A DNA stretch of 14,027 nucleotides, taken from Marine Group I thaumarchaeote (GTDB lineage: Archaea; Thermoproteota; Nitrososphaeria; Nitrososphaerales; Nitrosopumilaceae). Location: the NCBI GenBank assembly GCA_044358425.1, contig CP054849.1, forward strand, positions 144,689 to 158,715. The letters are read 5' to 3'. Under the pieces are notes generated by a model. It searched no databases, was not told the origin of the DNA, and worked only from the letters and a program-made list of their open reading frames with translations. Of the stretch, positions 1 to 8,215 are shown in pieces (position 1 is the stretch's first letter; every line of letters starts with the position of its first letter). Made by a program: the position numbers and the translations under genes.

Positions 1-439
1 AGGTTCACCTGCAGAAATTAATTTACAAAAATATGATATTGCAAATATGAAAATGGCTAAAAAAGCAAATGCAAATGTGTTGTTAGTAACTGACATTGAT
101 AAAGGAGGTTCTTTTGCAAGTTTAGCTGGAACAATGGCTCTAATTGAAAAAAAATATCAAAAATTAGTTAAAGGATTTATTTTTAATAAATTTCGTGGTG
201 ACATTGATGTTTTAAAACCAGGTTTTAAAAAATTAAAAAATCTAACAAATATACCTGTAATTGGAACAATTCCATTAATCCCACTTAACTTACCTGAAGA
301 GGATTCTCTTAATTCAAATCCTAAAGATATTGTTTGGAATAAAAAAAATATACAAAAAATTGATAACGAACTGAACAAATTATCAAAAATTGTTAAATCA
401 AATATTGATATTAATTCAATTGAGAAAATGTTACAATGA
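1..439 (+). CDS. cobQ: Cobyric acid synthase CobQ/CbiP, 5'-partial, short form with no glutaminase domain
   Basis: The frame is open from base 2 and reads GSPAEINLQKYDIANM, so the ATG at 47 is internal. CobQ motifs GSPAEINL, DIDKGGSFA, NKFRGD and LPEEDS are present. The stop overlaps the cbiB start (ATGA 436-439). Confidence 0.93.
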   Translation, partial: GSPAEINLQKYDIANMKMAKKANANVLLVTDIDKGGSFASLAGTMALIEKKYQKLVKGFIFNKFRGDIDVLKPGFKKLKNLTNIPVIGTIPLIPLNLPEEDSLNSNPKDIVWNKKNIQKIDNELNKLSKIVKSNIDINSIEKMLQ

Positions 440-1407
440 TTATTGAGTCAATCGCTATCATTGGTTTTGCAATATTACTTGATTTGAAATTTGGAGATCC
501 TAAAAACCGTTATCATCCAACAGCTTGGATAGGAACATTCATTGCAAAATTAACTACTATTACAAAAAATCAAAACTCAACATTTGAAAAAATTGGAGGT
601 ATGATAATGATAATTATTATTTCTAGTGTAGTCATTTTATTGCTGTCTGGTCTAAATTTTGGAATCTCTTTGATTTCTGTTGATTACATCTCATTAATTT
701 TATCAGTAGTCATAGGTGCATTATTGCTCAAAACAACTATTGCAATTCGTGGAATGGAAAAACATGCAATTAGTGTACTAGATTCATTGGAGAGTAATGA
801 TCTCGATTTAGCTAGAAATTATTTGTCAATGATTGTAAAACGAAATACCACAAAATTGGACAAAAACCACGTACTTTCAGGCGTACTTGAAAGTATTAGT
901 GAAAATACTGTTGATGGGATTACTGGACCAATGTTTTACTATGCCTTTTTTGGTTTATTTGGTGCATTTGTCTATAGAATTATCAATACTGCAGATTCAA
1001 TGGTTGGATACAAAAATGATATTTTTAAAAATTTAGGATGGTTTACAGCTAAATGTGATACAATCTTAAACTATATTCCATCTCGACTTACAGGATTAAT
1101 TATGGTTATTTCAGCAGCTATTTTACAAAATAATTGGAAAAATTCTTACAAAGTAATGATTCGAGATGGTAAAAAAACTGAAAGTCCTAATGCTGGATAT
1201 CCAATGGCTGCATTAGCTGGTGCTTTAGAAACTAAATTTGAAAAAATCAATCATTACAAGCTAGGTGATGGGGAAATTATACTAACAAAAGATCATGTTT
1301 TATCTGCAATTAAAATTATGAAGTTGACATCAATTCTTTTCTTTGGAATTATTACTATTCCAATAATTTTTGTTTTATCTATACTTGGATGGTGGCTTTA
1401 TGTTTAA
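436..1407 (+). CDS. cbiB: Adenosylcobinamide-phosphate synthase CbiB/CobD (membrane protein)
   Basis: Motifs GDP..HP, ESISENTVDG, YRIINTADSMVGY, NYIPSRLT and SPNAGYPMAALAGAL; several hydrophobic segments; cob operon context. Confidence 0.95.
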   Translation: MIIESIAIIGFAILLDLKFGDPKNRYHPTAWIGTFIAKLTTITKNQNSTFEKIGGMIMIIIISSVVILLLSGLNFGISLISVDYISLILSVVIGALLLKTTIAIRGMEKHAISVLDSLESNDLDLARNYLSMIVKRNTTKLDKNHVLSGVLESISENTVDGITGPMFYYAFFGLFGAFVYRIINTADSMVGYKNDIFKNLGWFTAKCDTILNYIPSRLTGLIMVISAAILQNNWKNSYKVMIRDGKKTESPNAGYPMAALAGALETKFEKINHYKLGDGEIILTKDHVLSAIKIMKLTSILFFGIITIPIIFVLSILGWWLYV

Positions 1408-2125
1408 AGAAATTGGTTCAGTTTTTTCTTTTTTAACTATTATACCATCATCGAATTCAACATTAGATGAAACTGCAAAATACATGTATCTCTTTCCTGT
1501 TGTAGGAATAATAATTGGTATTTTAGTTGGTGGTTTTGGTTTTGGTTTATCTTTTCTTTTGGATCCACTACTAGTTAGTTTTCTTGTAGTTACATCTATT
1601 GCAATTTTAACAGGAATTCATCATGCTGATGGTTTAGCTGATTTTGCTGATGGTTTAATGGTAAAAGGAACTAAAGAGAAAAAACTTAACGCAATGAAGG
1701 ATCTTTCTACAGGTTCTGCGGGAGTTGTCTCGCTTGTTTTGTATCTTATTGGATTAGTTGTTACAATTTCACTTACAACTGGATTTGATTTGTTTAAGGC
1801 AATTTTGATTAGTGAAATTTTAGCAAAATTCTCTATGGTTTTAATGGCAAGTTTGGGAAATTCTGCATCAGTAGGCTCGAATTCATCCTTCATTCAAACT
1901 ATGAAGGATAAGAGAAAATTGATACTAGCATTTCTAATTATGATTATTCCTGTTGCTTTACTTGGTGAAACAACTGGACTCATAATGCTTGCAGTCACTA
2001 TTGTTGTCACTCTTGTTATTTTAGGAATTTCTACGCGTAGTTTTGGTGGTATTACTGGAGATGTTCTTGGTTCTACAAATGAATTAACTCGTTTAGCATC
2101 ATTGATGGTATTTGTATCATTATGA
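1400..2125 (+). CDS. cobS: Adenosylcobinamide-GDP ribazoletransferase (cobalamin synthase) CobS
   Basis: Motifs FLTIIP, FPVVG, TGIHHADGLADFADG, MKD..G and FGGITGDVLG. The ATG at 1400 (MFKEIG) is preferred over the TTG at 1370; 8-nt overlap with cbiB. Confidence 0.95.
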   Translation: MFKEIGSVFSFLTIIPSSNSTLDETAKYMYLFPVVGIIIGILVGGFGFGLSFLLDPLLVSFLVVTSIAILTGIHHADGLADFADGLMVKGTKEKKLNAMKDLSTGSAGVVSLVLYLIGLVVTISLTTGFDLFKAILISEILAKFSMVLMASLGNSASVGSNSSFIQTMKDKRKLILAFLIMIIPVALLGETTGLIMLAVTIVVTLVILGISTRSFGGITGDVLGSTNELTRLASLMVFVSL

Positions 2126-2706
2126 TTGGTTTGATTATGGCCGGTGGTAAGGGTACTAGAATGAATTTAGATAATGAAAAATTATTACTTGAATATAAAA
2201 AACCAGTAATTTTTCATGTAGTTGATTCTTTAAAAGAATCAAATTGTTTTTCAAAAATTTTAGCTTTAACTAGTTCTAATTCTCCAAAAACAAAAAAATT
2301 ATTAGAAGAAAATAATATTGAAATTTTTAATACTAATGGAATTGGATATGTTGAGGATTTAACATTAGTACTTCAATCAATTAATGATTCTGTTTTAGTA
2401 ACTTCAGGTGATTTACCTCTTTTAGACAATGAAATAATAAAAAAAATTGTTAGCAATTATGATCCGAAAAAAACTTGGACTAGTATTTTAGTAACCAACA
2501 AATTTTTAATTTCTCTAGGATTGGAATCCGATTATTTTGTTAATCATGATAATCAGAAATGTAATTACACTGGAATTTCATTAATTAATGCAAATAAAAT
2601 TAATTCATCACAAAATTTACATGAAAATTATATTGTTATTGATGACAAAAGAATTGCATTAAATCTAAATACAAAAGAAGATTACGAATTACTCGGCGCT
2701 ACCTGA
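2122..2706 (+). CDS. cobY: NTP-transferase, probable GTP:adenosylcobinamide-phosphate guanylyltransferase CobY
   Basis: MAGGKGTRM..EK, GYVEDL, SGDLPLL and NLNTKED motifs of the MobA/CobY nucleotidyltransferase family; ATGA overlap with cobS. Confidence 0.88.
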   Translation: MIGLIMAGGKGTRMNLDNEKLLLEYKKPVIFHVVDSLKESNCFSKILALTSSNSPKTKKLLEENNIEIFNTNGIGYVEDLTLVLQSINDSVLVTSGDLPLLDNEIIKKIVSNYDPKKTWTSILVTNKFLISLGLESDYFVNHDNQKCNYTGISLINANKINSSQNLHENYIVIDDKRIALNLNTKEDYELLGAT

Positions 2707-2886
2707 AACTTTTCCGTTAATTTTTGCTTTAGAACCAGTTGGCTCTGAAATTGTATTACCACATGAATTACATGCAATAATTGTCGATGCATGAGAATAT
2801 ACTATTTGTAATTCACCACATTCTTCACAATTAACTTTTTGAAACTTACTTGATGGTTTTGGAACTCCGATGTGATCTTTCTTCAT
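2689..2886 (-). CDS. rps27e: 30S ribosomal protein S27e (eS27)
   Basis: PSSKFQKVNCEECG...YSHAS...CNSCG...PTG zinc ribbon; directly after rpl44e (ATGA overlap at 2883-2886), the usual archaeal pairing. Confidence 0.96.
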   Translation of the reverse strand: MKKDHIGVPKPSSKFQKVNCEECGELQIVYSHASTIIACNSCGNTISEPTGSKAKINGKVSGSAE

Positions 2887-3164
2887 GCTGCTACCAACTC
2901 AAATTTCTTAATTCTTACCCCTGTTTTATTGTATTTCTTTTTACAAACAGTACATGTCATAATAGGAGTAACTTTCTTAGTAACTTTAGCTGGTTTTGCA
3001 AGTTTTGGGAATTTTTGTCCACCATAACCTTGTTTACGTTCAGCGTGACGACGTTCACCTCTAGCAGAACCACGTCTCTTTCCAGCCTTGTAAATGGAGA
3101 CCTTCTGGTCAGTATGTGTTTTACATTTTGCACAATACTTTCTGATCACCTTTGGAATGTTCAT
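2883..3164 (-). CDS. rpl44e: 50S ribosomal protein L44e (eL42)
   Basis: YCAKCKTHT, GERR, GYGGQ, KVTKK and CTVC motifs; very basic 93-aa protein. Confidence 0.96.
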   Translation of the reverse strand: MNIPKVIRKYCAKCKTHTDQKVSIYKAGKRRGSARGERRHAERKQGYGGQKFPKLAKPAKVTKKVTPIMTCTVCKKKYNKTGVRIKKFELVAA

Positions 3165-3173
3165 ATCAACAAA

Positions 3174-3181
3174 ACCTCCTC
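3174..3181 (-). promoter_or_regulatory. Shine-Dalgarno-like site GAGGAGGT upstream of rpl44e
   Basis: Plus strand acctcctc at 3174-3181 lies 9 nt from the ATG at 3164 and is complementary to the conserved 16S 3' tail ACCUCCU. Confidence 0.65.
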
Positions 3182-3185
3182 AACC

Positions 3186-3233
3186 GTAATTTAAGCATTG
3201 AACCTATAATAGTCATAAATTTTATTCAAAATT
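3186..3233. promoter_or_regulatory. Divergent promoter region between rpl44e and the ade-like gene
   Basis: 69-bp gap between divergent starts. TATAAT at 3205-3210 is 24-29 nt before the ATG at 3234, and a minus-strand TTTATG lies near 3214-3219. Positional inference only. Confidence 0.45.
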
Positions 3234-4997
3234 ATGGATTCAAGCCTAGCTGTCTCAATTGACTCTCTAAATTCTGTGGCCATGGGTGAAAAGAAAGCAA
3301 ATCTGGTCTTAACAAACTGTAACTTATTGTCAGTTTACACTAGAGAAATAATTCCAAACACTCAGATCGCAATAGTTAATGATCGCATTGCATATGTTGG
3401 TCCAGACGCTAATCATGCTGTAGGACCGAAAACTAAGATTGTTGATATCAAAAATAAATTTGTCAGTCCTGGATTTGCAGATCCTCATTTACATATTGAT
3501 CAATTTGTGTTACCTTCTGAATTTGCAAAACAAGCTCTTCTTTGTGGTGTAACTTCTCTTTTTTCAGATCCTATTGATATTGTAAGTGTAGCTGGCAACA
3601 AAGGCTTTCAAGAATTTCTTAAATTAGGTGAAAATTTACCTATTAGAATATTTCAAACAGTTCCTGGAGGACTTCCTGTTGATGCCAAATTTAGTAATAG
3701 TAAATCTCTAACTTTATCTCAAGAAAAATCTGCAATTAAACATCCCCATGTGATAGGAATGGGTGAAGTTTTTTCATGGACTAAAGTAACTTCACGTGAA
3801 CCAAAAACAATGAAATCGCTTTCAACAATGTTAGAACATGATTGTATTATCAATGGACATACTGCTGGTGCAAGTGGAAAAAAACTTAATGCGTATATTT
3901 CATCTGGAATTCTTTCTTGTCATGAACCAATTAACTTTGAACAAGTATTAGAAAGATTACGATTAGGAATGTGGGTAATGATTAGAGAAGGTTCTATTCG
4001 CCGTGATCTAAAAGAAATTATTCCACATGTTTTATCCCATGGCACATACCGTAATCGATTGATGTTTTGTTCTGATGGTCTTGATCCCTTAGATATTTCT
4101 AAATTTGGTCATATTGATTATTGTATAAGAGAATCTATCAAACTCGGTTTAGAACCTATAGATGCTGTTACGATGGCATCAAAAAATAATTTTGATTATT
4201 ATAATATGGGAAAAGACCTTGGGGGAATTGCACCTGGAAAATTAGCTGATATTTTGATTTTTGATAATCTGAAATCATTTAAACCAAAACATGTTTTTGT
4301 TGGAGGAAAATTAGTTGTTTCAAATGGTTCATTTGTATCTCGTATTAGAAGAAATGTAATTTCTCCATGGATTAAAAAAACTGTTAAACTAAAAAAATTC
4401 TCTAAAAATGATTTTCTGATTAAATCTAAAAAAGATCATGTTAAAGCAAATACAATTTTTATGTTAAATGAAATTATTACTAAATTAGGTGAATCAGAGC
4501 TTAGTTGTAAGGATGGCTTTGTTTCTGCATCAATAGACAAAGATATTTGGAAAATTGCAGCATTTGACAGAATTCATGGAACAAGTCAACACTCTATAGG
4601 ATTTCTTGAAAATTTTGGCGCTGAAATTGGTGCATTTGCTTCAACATGGAGTTTTCATGAAAATGATTTGATTGTACTAGGTTCTAATGATTCAGATATG
4701 GCAATTGCATCAAATCATTTAATCAAAAATCAAGGTGGATTAGTTGTCGTTAAATCTGGAAAAATTCTTGCCTCTTTACCCTTACAATTTGCAGGAATAG
4801 TTTCAACTGACTCTTTTGAGACTGTTTCATCTAATTTTGAACAGATCAATAATTCTATAGTGGATTTAGGTTGTAAATTTACAAGACCTCATCTGATCCC
4901 TCTATTCTTGCCGTTTCTAGCGCTGCCTTCTGTAAGAATTCTTTCAGGTGGAATTGTTGATGTTAAAAAACGATCTTACATATCGCCTATCAATTAG
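3234..4997 (+). CDS. ade: Adenine deaminase family (COG1001-type) amidohydrolase; substrate uncertain
   Basis: PGFADPHLH, GEVF, NGH, CHE, IREGS, SDG, LGGIAPGKLADI and the C-terminal GG.VV...LPL..AG..S / FLALP domain; 587 aa fits the family. Confidence 0.8.
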   Translation: MDSSLAVSIDSLNSVAMGEKKANLVLTNCNLLSVYTREIIPNTQIAIVNDRIAYVGPDANHAVGPKTKIVDIKNKFVSPGFADPHLHIDQFVLPSEFAKQALLCGVTSLFSDPIDIVSVAGNKGFQEFLKLGENLPIRIFQTVPGGLPVDAKFSNSKSLTLSQEKSAIKHPHVIGMGEVFSWTKVTSREPKTMKSLSTMLEHDCIINGHTAGASGKKLNAYISSGILSCHEPINFEQVLERLRLGMWVMIREGSIRRDLKEIIPHVLSHGTYRNRLMFCSDGLDPLDISKFGHIDYCIRESIKLGLEPIDAVTMASKNNFDYYNMGKDLGGIAPGKLADILIFDNLKSFKPKHVFVGGKLVVSNGSFVSRIRRNVISPWIKKTVKLKKFSKNDFLIKSKKDHVKANTIFMLNEIITKLGESELSCKDGFVSASIDKDIWKIAAFDRIHGTSQHSIGFLENFGAEIGAFASTWSFHENDLIVLGSNDSDMAIASNHLIKNQGGLVVVKSGKILASLPLQFAGIVSTDSFETVSSNFEQINNSIVDLGCKFTRPHLIPLFLPFLALPSVRILSGGIVDVKKRSYISPIN

Positions 4998-5041
4998 GCA
5001 ATGTTAAAAAGGGGGATTTTGAGAATCGAAAATGAAACTAA

Positions 5042-6667
5042 ATGGCATCAATTCAACAAGGACCAAATGGACCTGTACTAGTTCTTAAAGAAAGTGCATT
5101 ACAACAAAAAGGTAAAGACGCACAACAAAACAATATTGCTGCAGCAAAATTAGTTGCAGAATTAGTTAAAAGTAGTCTTGGACCTCGTGGCCTTGATAAA
5201 ATGTTAGTTGATTCCTTAGGTGACGTTACAATTACAAACGATGGTGCAACCATTCTCAAAGAAATTGATGTTCAACACCCAGCTGCCAAAATGATAGTTG
5301 AGATTTCTAAAACAGTAGATAATGAAGTAGGCGATGGAACAACTTCTTCTGTAGTTTTTGGTGGTGCATTATTAGCAAGAGCAGAAGATCTTTTGAAAAA
5401 AGATGTTCATTCATCAACTATTATCGAAGGTTTTCAAGCAGCATCTGAAAAAGTTCTTGAAATTTATTCACAATTATCTAAAAAAGTAGAACCTGATGAC
5501 AAAGCATCACTTCTAAAAATTGCTTCAACAAGTATGCAATCAAAATTAATTTCTGAAGATAGTAGTAGCTTATCAAAAATTGTAGTAGATGCAATTCTTA
5601 GTATTGCAACCAAAAAAGGAGATGAATATTTTGTTGATCTTGAAAATATTAAAGTTGAAAAGAAACCAGGTGGTTCAATTGAAGATACACAAATTGTAAA
5701 AGGAATTGTTTTGGATAAAGAAATTGTTCACAGTGGAATGCCAACTAGAATTGATAAGGCAAGTATTGCATTGATAAACTCTGCATTAGAAATTGAAAAA
5801 ACTGAAATGAGTGCAGAAATTAGAATTACTGATCCAACTCAAATGCAAATGTTCTTAGAAGAAGAAAATAGAATGCTCAAAACTATGGTTGATAAATTAC
5901 ATGATGTTGGAGCTAATGTTTTGATTTGTCAAAAAGGAATTGATGATATTGCACAACATTATCTAGCAAAGCACGGTATCATGGCAATTCGTCGTGTTAA
6001 AGAAAGTGATATGATAAAACTTTCAAAAGCTACTGATGGACGTGTAATTAGTAATCTAGATGATTTAACTGAAAAAGATCTTGGCTCTGCAGATTTGGCT
6101 CACCAAAAGAAAGTTGAATCTGATAAATGGGTATTCATTGAAGGTTGTAAACATCCACAATCCGTTACATTGCTAATTCGTGGAGGAACTCAAAGAGTAA
6201 TAGATGAGGTTGACCGTTCTATTCATGATTCACTAATGGTAGTAAAAGATGTAATTGAAAAACCAGAAATTGTTGCAGGTGGAGGAGCTCCTGAATCATT
6301 TGCAGCAGCACAACTAAAAGACTGGGCTGATAATTTTGATGGACGAGAACAACTTGCAATTAAGAAATATGCTGAAGCATTAGAAATCATACCATTAACA
6401 ATTGCCGAAAATGCAGGAATGGACCCTATTGACACTATGGCCACTTTAAGATCAAAACAAAACCAAGGTCAAAAATGGACAGGTATTGATGCAAAAAATA
6501 CAAAAATTGCTGATATGATGGCAATTAATGTTGTAGAACCAATTGCAGTTAAAGAACAAATCATCAAATCTGCAACTGAAGCAGCATGTATGATACTAAG
6601 AATTGATGATGTTATTGCCATATCTGGTGGTCCAGGTGGCGGTGGCGGCATGCCTCCAATGGGATAA
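5042..6667 (+). CDS. ths: Thermosome subunit (group II chaperonin)
   Basis: [54 protein letters not shown] and a Gly/Met-rich tail. Alpha versus beta subunit is not resolved. Confidence 0.98.
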   Translation: MASIQQGPNGPVLVLKESALQQKGKDAQQNNIAAAKLVAELVKSSLGPRGLDKMLVDSLGDVTITNDGATILKEIDVQHPAAKMIVEISKTVDNEVGDGTTSSVVFGGALLARAEDLLKKDVHSSTIIEGFQAASEKVLEIYSQLSKKVEPDDKASLLKIASTSMQSKLISEDSSSLSKIVVDAILSIATKKGDEYFVDLENIKVEKKPGGSIEDTQIVKGIVLDKEIVHSGMPTRIDKASIALINSALEIEKTEMSAEIRITDPTQMQMFLEEENRMLKTMVDKLHDVGANVLICQKGIDDIAQHYLAKHGIMAIRRVKESDMIKLSKATDGRVISNLDDLTEKDLGSADLAHQKKVESDKWVFIEGCKHPQSVTLLIRGGTQRVIDEVDRSIHDSLMVVKDVIEKPEIVAGGGAPESFAAAQLKDWADNFDGREQLAIKKYAEALEIIPLTIAENAGMDPIDTMATLRSKQNQGQKWTGIDAKNTKIADMMAINVVEPIAVKEQIIKSATEAACMILRIDDVIAISGGPGGGGGMPPMG

Positions 6668-6706
6668 ATTTAGTTAAAACTTAATCCTACTAGTAACCAT
6701 AAATTA

Positions 6707-7576
6707 TTGTTGCATAAAATTGGTATTGATTTAGGTGGTACTAAAACTGAAATTATTGTTTTGGATGAATCCCTGAATATTTTAGAAAGAAAAAGAGTTC
6801 CTACGCCTAAAGATAATTATGAAAAAATTATTCAAAATATTGTTAATTTGGTAAATGAGGTATCTCAAAATATTTCTAATTTTTCTATTGGAGTTTGTTG
6901 TCCTGGTGCAATTTCAAAAAATAGCGGTCTTATCAAAAATAGTAATACTCAATGTTTGATTGGTAAATCATTAAAAAAAGATCTTGAAAATAAATTAAAA
7001 AAAAATATTTCTATTGAAAATGATGCAAATTGTTTTGCTTTATCTGAATCCAAAATGGGTGCTGGGATTGGATTTGATTTTGTCTTTGGTGTAATTTTAG
7101 GTACTGGTGTAGGTGGTGGAATTGTAATTCGTGATTCCCTTCATTGTGGAAGAACCAATATTGCCGGTGAATGGGGTCATCATACTTTACATCAAAATGG
7201 AAATTCTTGTTACTGTGGAAAATCAGGTTGTGTTGAGACATATCTGAGTGGACCTTCTTTAGAAAAACGTTGGAATCAACTAACTGGATTAACTCAATCT
7301 ATGCCTGAAATAATAGATAATTTAGATTCTGAAATTGGCAAATCTTGGAAAAACGAATTTTTAGAAAATTTTGGTTATGGTCTTGCAAATGTTATTGATA
7401 TCTTAGATCCTGATGCAATTATTCTTGGTGGAGGTTTATCAAATATTGATTTTTTGTACGATGAAGGAAAAAATTCCATATATTCAAAAGTATTTTCAGA
7501 TATTATTGAAACACCAATTTTGAAAAATAAACTTGGTGATTCTTCAGGTGTATTTGGAGCTGCACTTTTGAATTAA
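6707..7576 (+). CDS. ROK family sugar kinase (Mak/NagK-like)
   Basis: GIDLGGTK, ENDANCFALSE, GVILGTGVGGG and the Zn motif AGEWGH...CYCGKSGCVE; no N-terminal HTH, so a kinase rather than a repressor; TTG start (6707 or 6710). Confidence 0.9.
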   Translation: MLHKIGIDLGGTKTEIIVLDESLNILERKRVPTPKDNYEKIIQNIVNLVNEVSQNISNFSIGVCCPGAISKNSGLIKNSNTQCLIGKSLKKDLENKLKKNISIENDANCFALSESKMGAGIGFDFVFGVILGTGVGGGIVIRDSLHCGRTNIAGEWGHHTLHQNGNSCYCGKSGCVETYLSGPSLEKRWNQLTGLTQSMPEIIDNLDSEIGKSWKNEFLENFGYGLANVIDILDPDAIILGGGLSNIDFLYDEGKNSIYSKVFSDIIETPILKNKLGDSSGVFGAALLN

Positions 7577-7837
7577 TTATTGTGGACATCCTTCCATTTT
7601 TACAATATAATAACCGTTTGTCATAATCTCAATTTCTATATCTTCTGAAACTGATTCTGAATGACAAAATTTACACTCTTCACTAGTTACTATGGAATCA
7701 TTTTCATTAATTGATCTTAACCATTCTTTTGCAAAAGCAATTACTTCTTCATTATTTTTTTTATCAGTAATCACATCAAAGTGCATTGTATGACCATCAT
7801 TTGCTTTTACATATGTGTCAAAGACATGAAAATCCAT
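7577..7837 (-). CDS. DUF2024-like small protein, possible metal binder
   Basis: VFDTYV...MHFDV, ECKFCHSE and terminal MEGCP match my recollection of DUF2024. The ATG at 7837 is preferred over the GTG at 7846. Confidence 0.75.
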   Translation of the reverse strand: MDFHVFDTYVKANDGHTMHFDVITDKKNNEEVIAFAKEWLRSINENDSIVTSEECKFCHSESVSEDIEIEIMTNGYYIVKMEGCPQ

Positions 7838-7845
7838 TTTTATCA

Positions 7846-8205
7846 CTAATTTTCAATATGTGAATTTCTAATTTCAAGAGTCTTGTCTACAATTTGATTA
7901 ACATCTACATCTATTTCTGTAGTAATCAAAATTAATCCTGCTCCTCCTATAGGTATCGTAATTCTGTAAATTTTTTCATATTTTGCTAATGCAAAAATTG
8001 GTGTTCCAATTTTATCCGCAGTTTTTTTTCTTGTTGACCAACGGTAAATTGCTTGTGATAATGATGTTTCAGTTTCTTCTCTTGATAAGTGAGATTTTAC
8101 ACCTGGTTTTATTTTATCATGTAATTCACCATAATCATAAACTGCTGCATACCTGATATTCTGACTCAACTCTAAAATTTCATCGCAGATTTTTTCATAA
8201 TTCAT
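7846..8205 (-). CDS. Small thaumarchaeal hypothetical protein, Roadblock/profilin-like (DUF6659-like)
   Basis: Clean 119-aa ORF inside the operon; pattern CDEIL...IRYAAV...G...R...G......YEK resembles a family expanded in Nitrososphaerota. The family name is recalled, not searched. Confidence 0.6.
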   Translation of the reverse strand: MNYEKICDEILELSQNIRYAAVYDYGELHDKIKPGVKSHLSREETETSLSQAIYRWSTRKKTADKIGTPIFALAKYEKIYRITIPIGGAGLILITTEIDVDVNQIVDKTLEIRNSHIEN

Positions 8206-8215
8206 AATATATCAC

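Noticed and set aside
47-439. cobQ as a 130-aa gene or a pseudogene
   Set aside because: The frame is open past the window edge, the stop is coupled to cbiB, and no glutaminase remnants follow.
1370-1399. Upstream TTG/GTG starts from the ORF track (1370; likewise 7846, 11109, 11111)
   Set aside because: Nearby in-frame ATGs give more typical overlaps or leave room for promoters; starts at 11109 and 11111 would leave only 1 bp between divergent genes.
2850-3194. 114-aa plus-strand ORF
   Set aside because: Antisense shadow of rpl44e and rps27e with no recognisable motif.
6626-6663. GC-rich GGT/GGC run
   Set aside because: Encodes the ordinary Gly/Met-rich chaperonin tail; not a repeat element or RNA gene.
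6668-8215. ROK plus two small genes as a mobile island
   Set aside because: No integrase, transposase, flanking repeats or tRNA; composition looks like the flanks and the small genes appear coupled to guaA.
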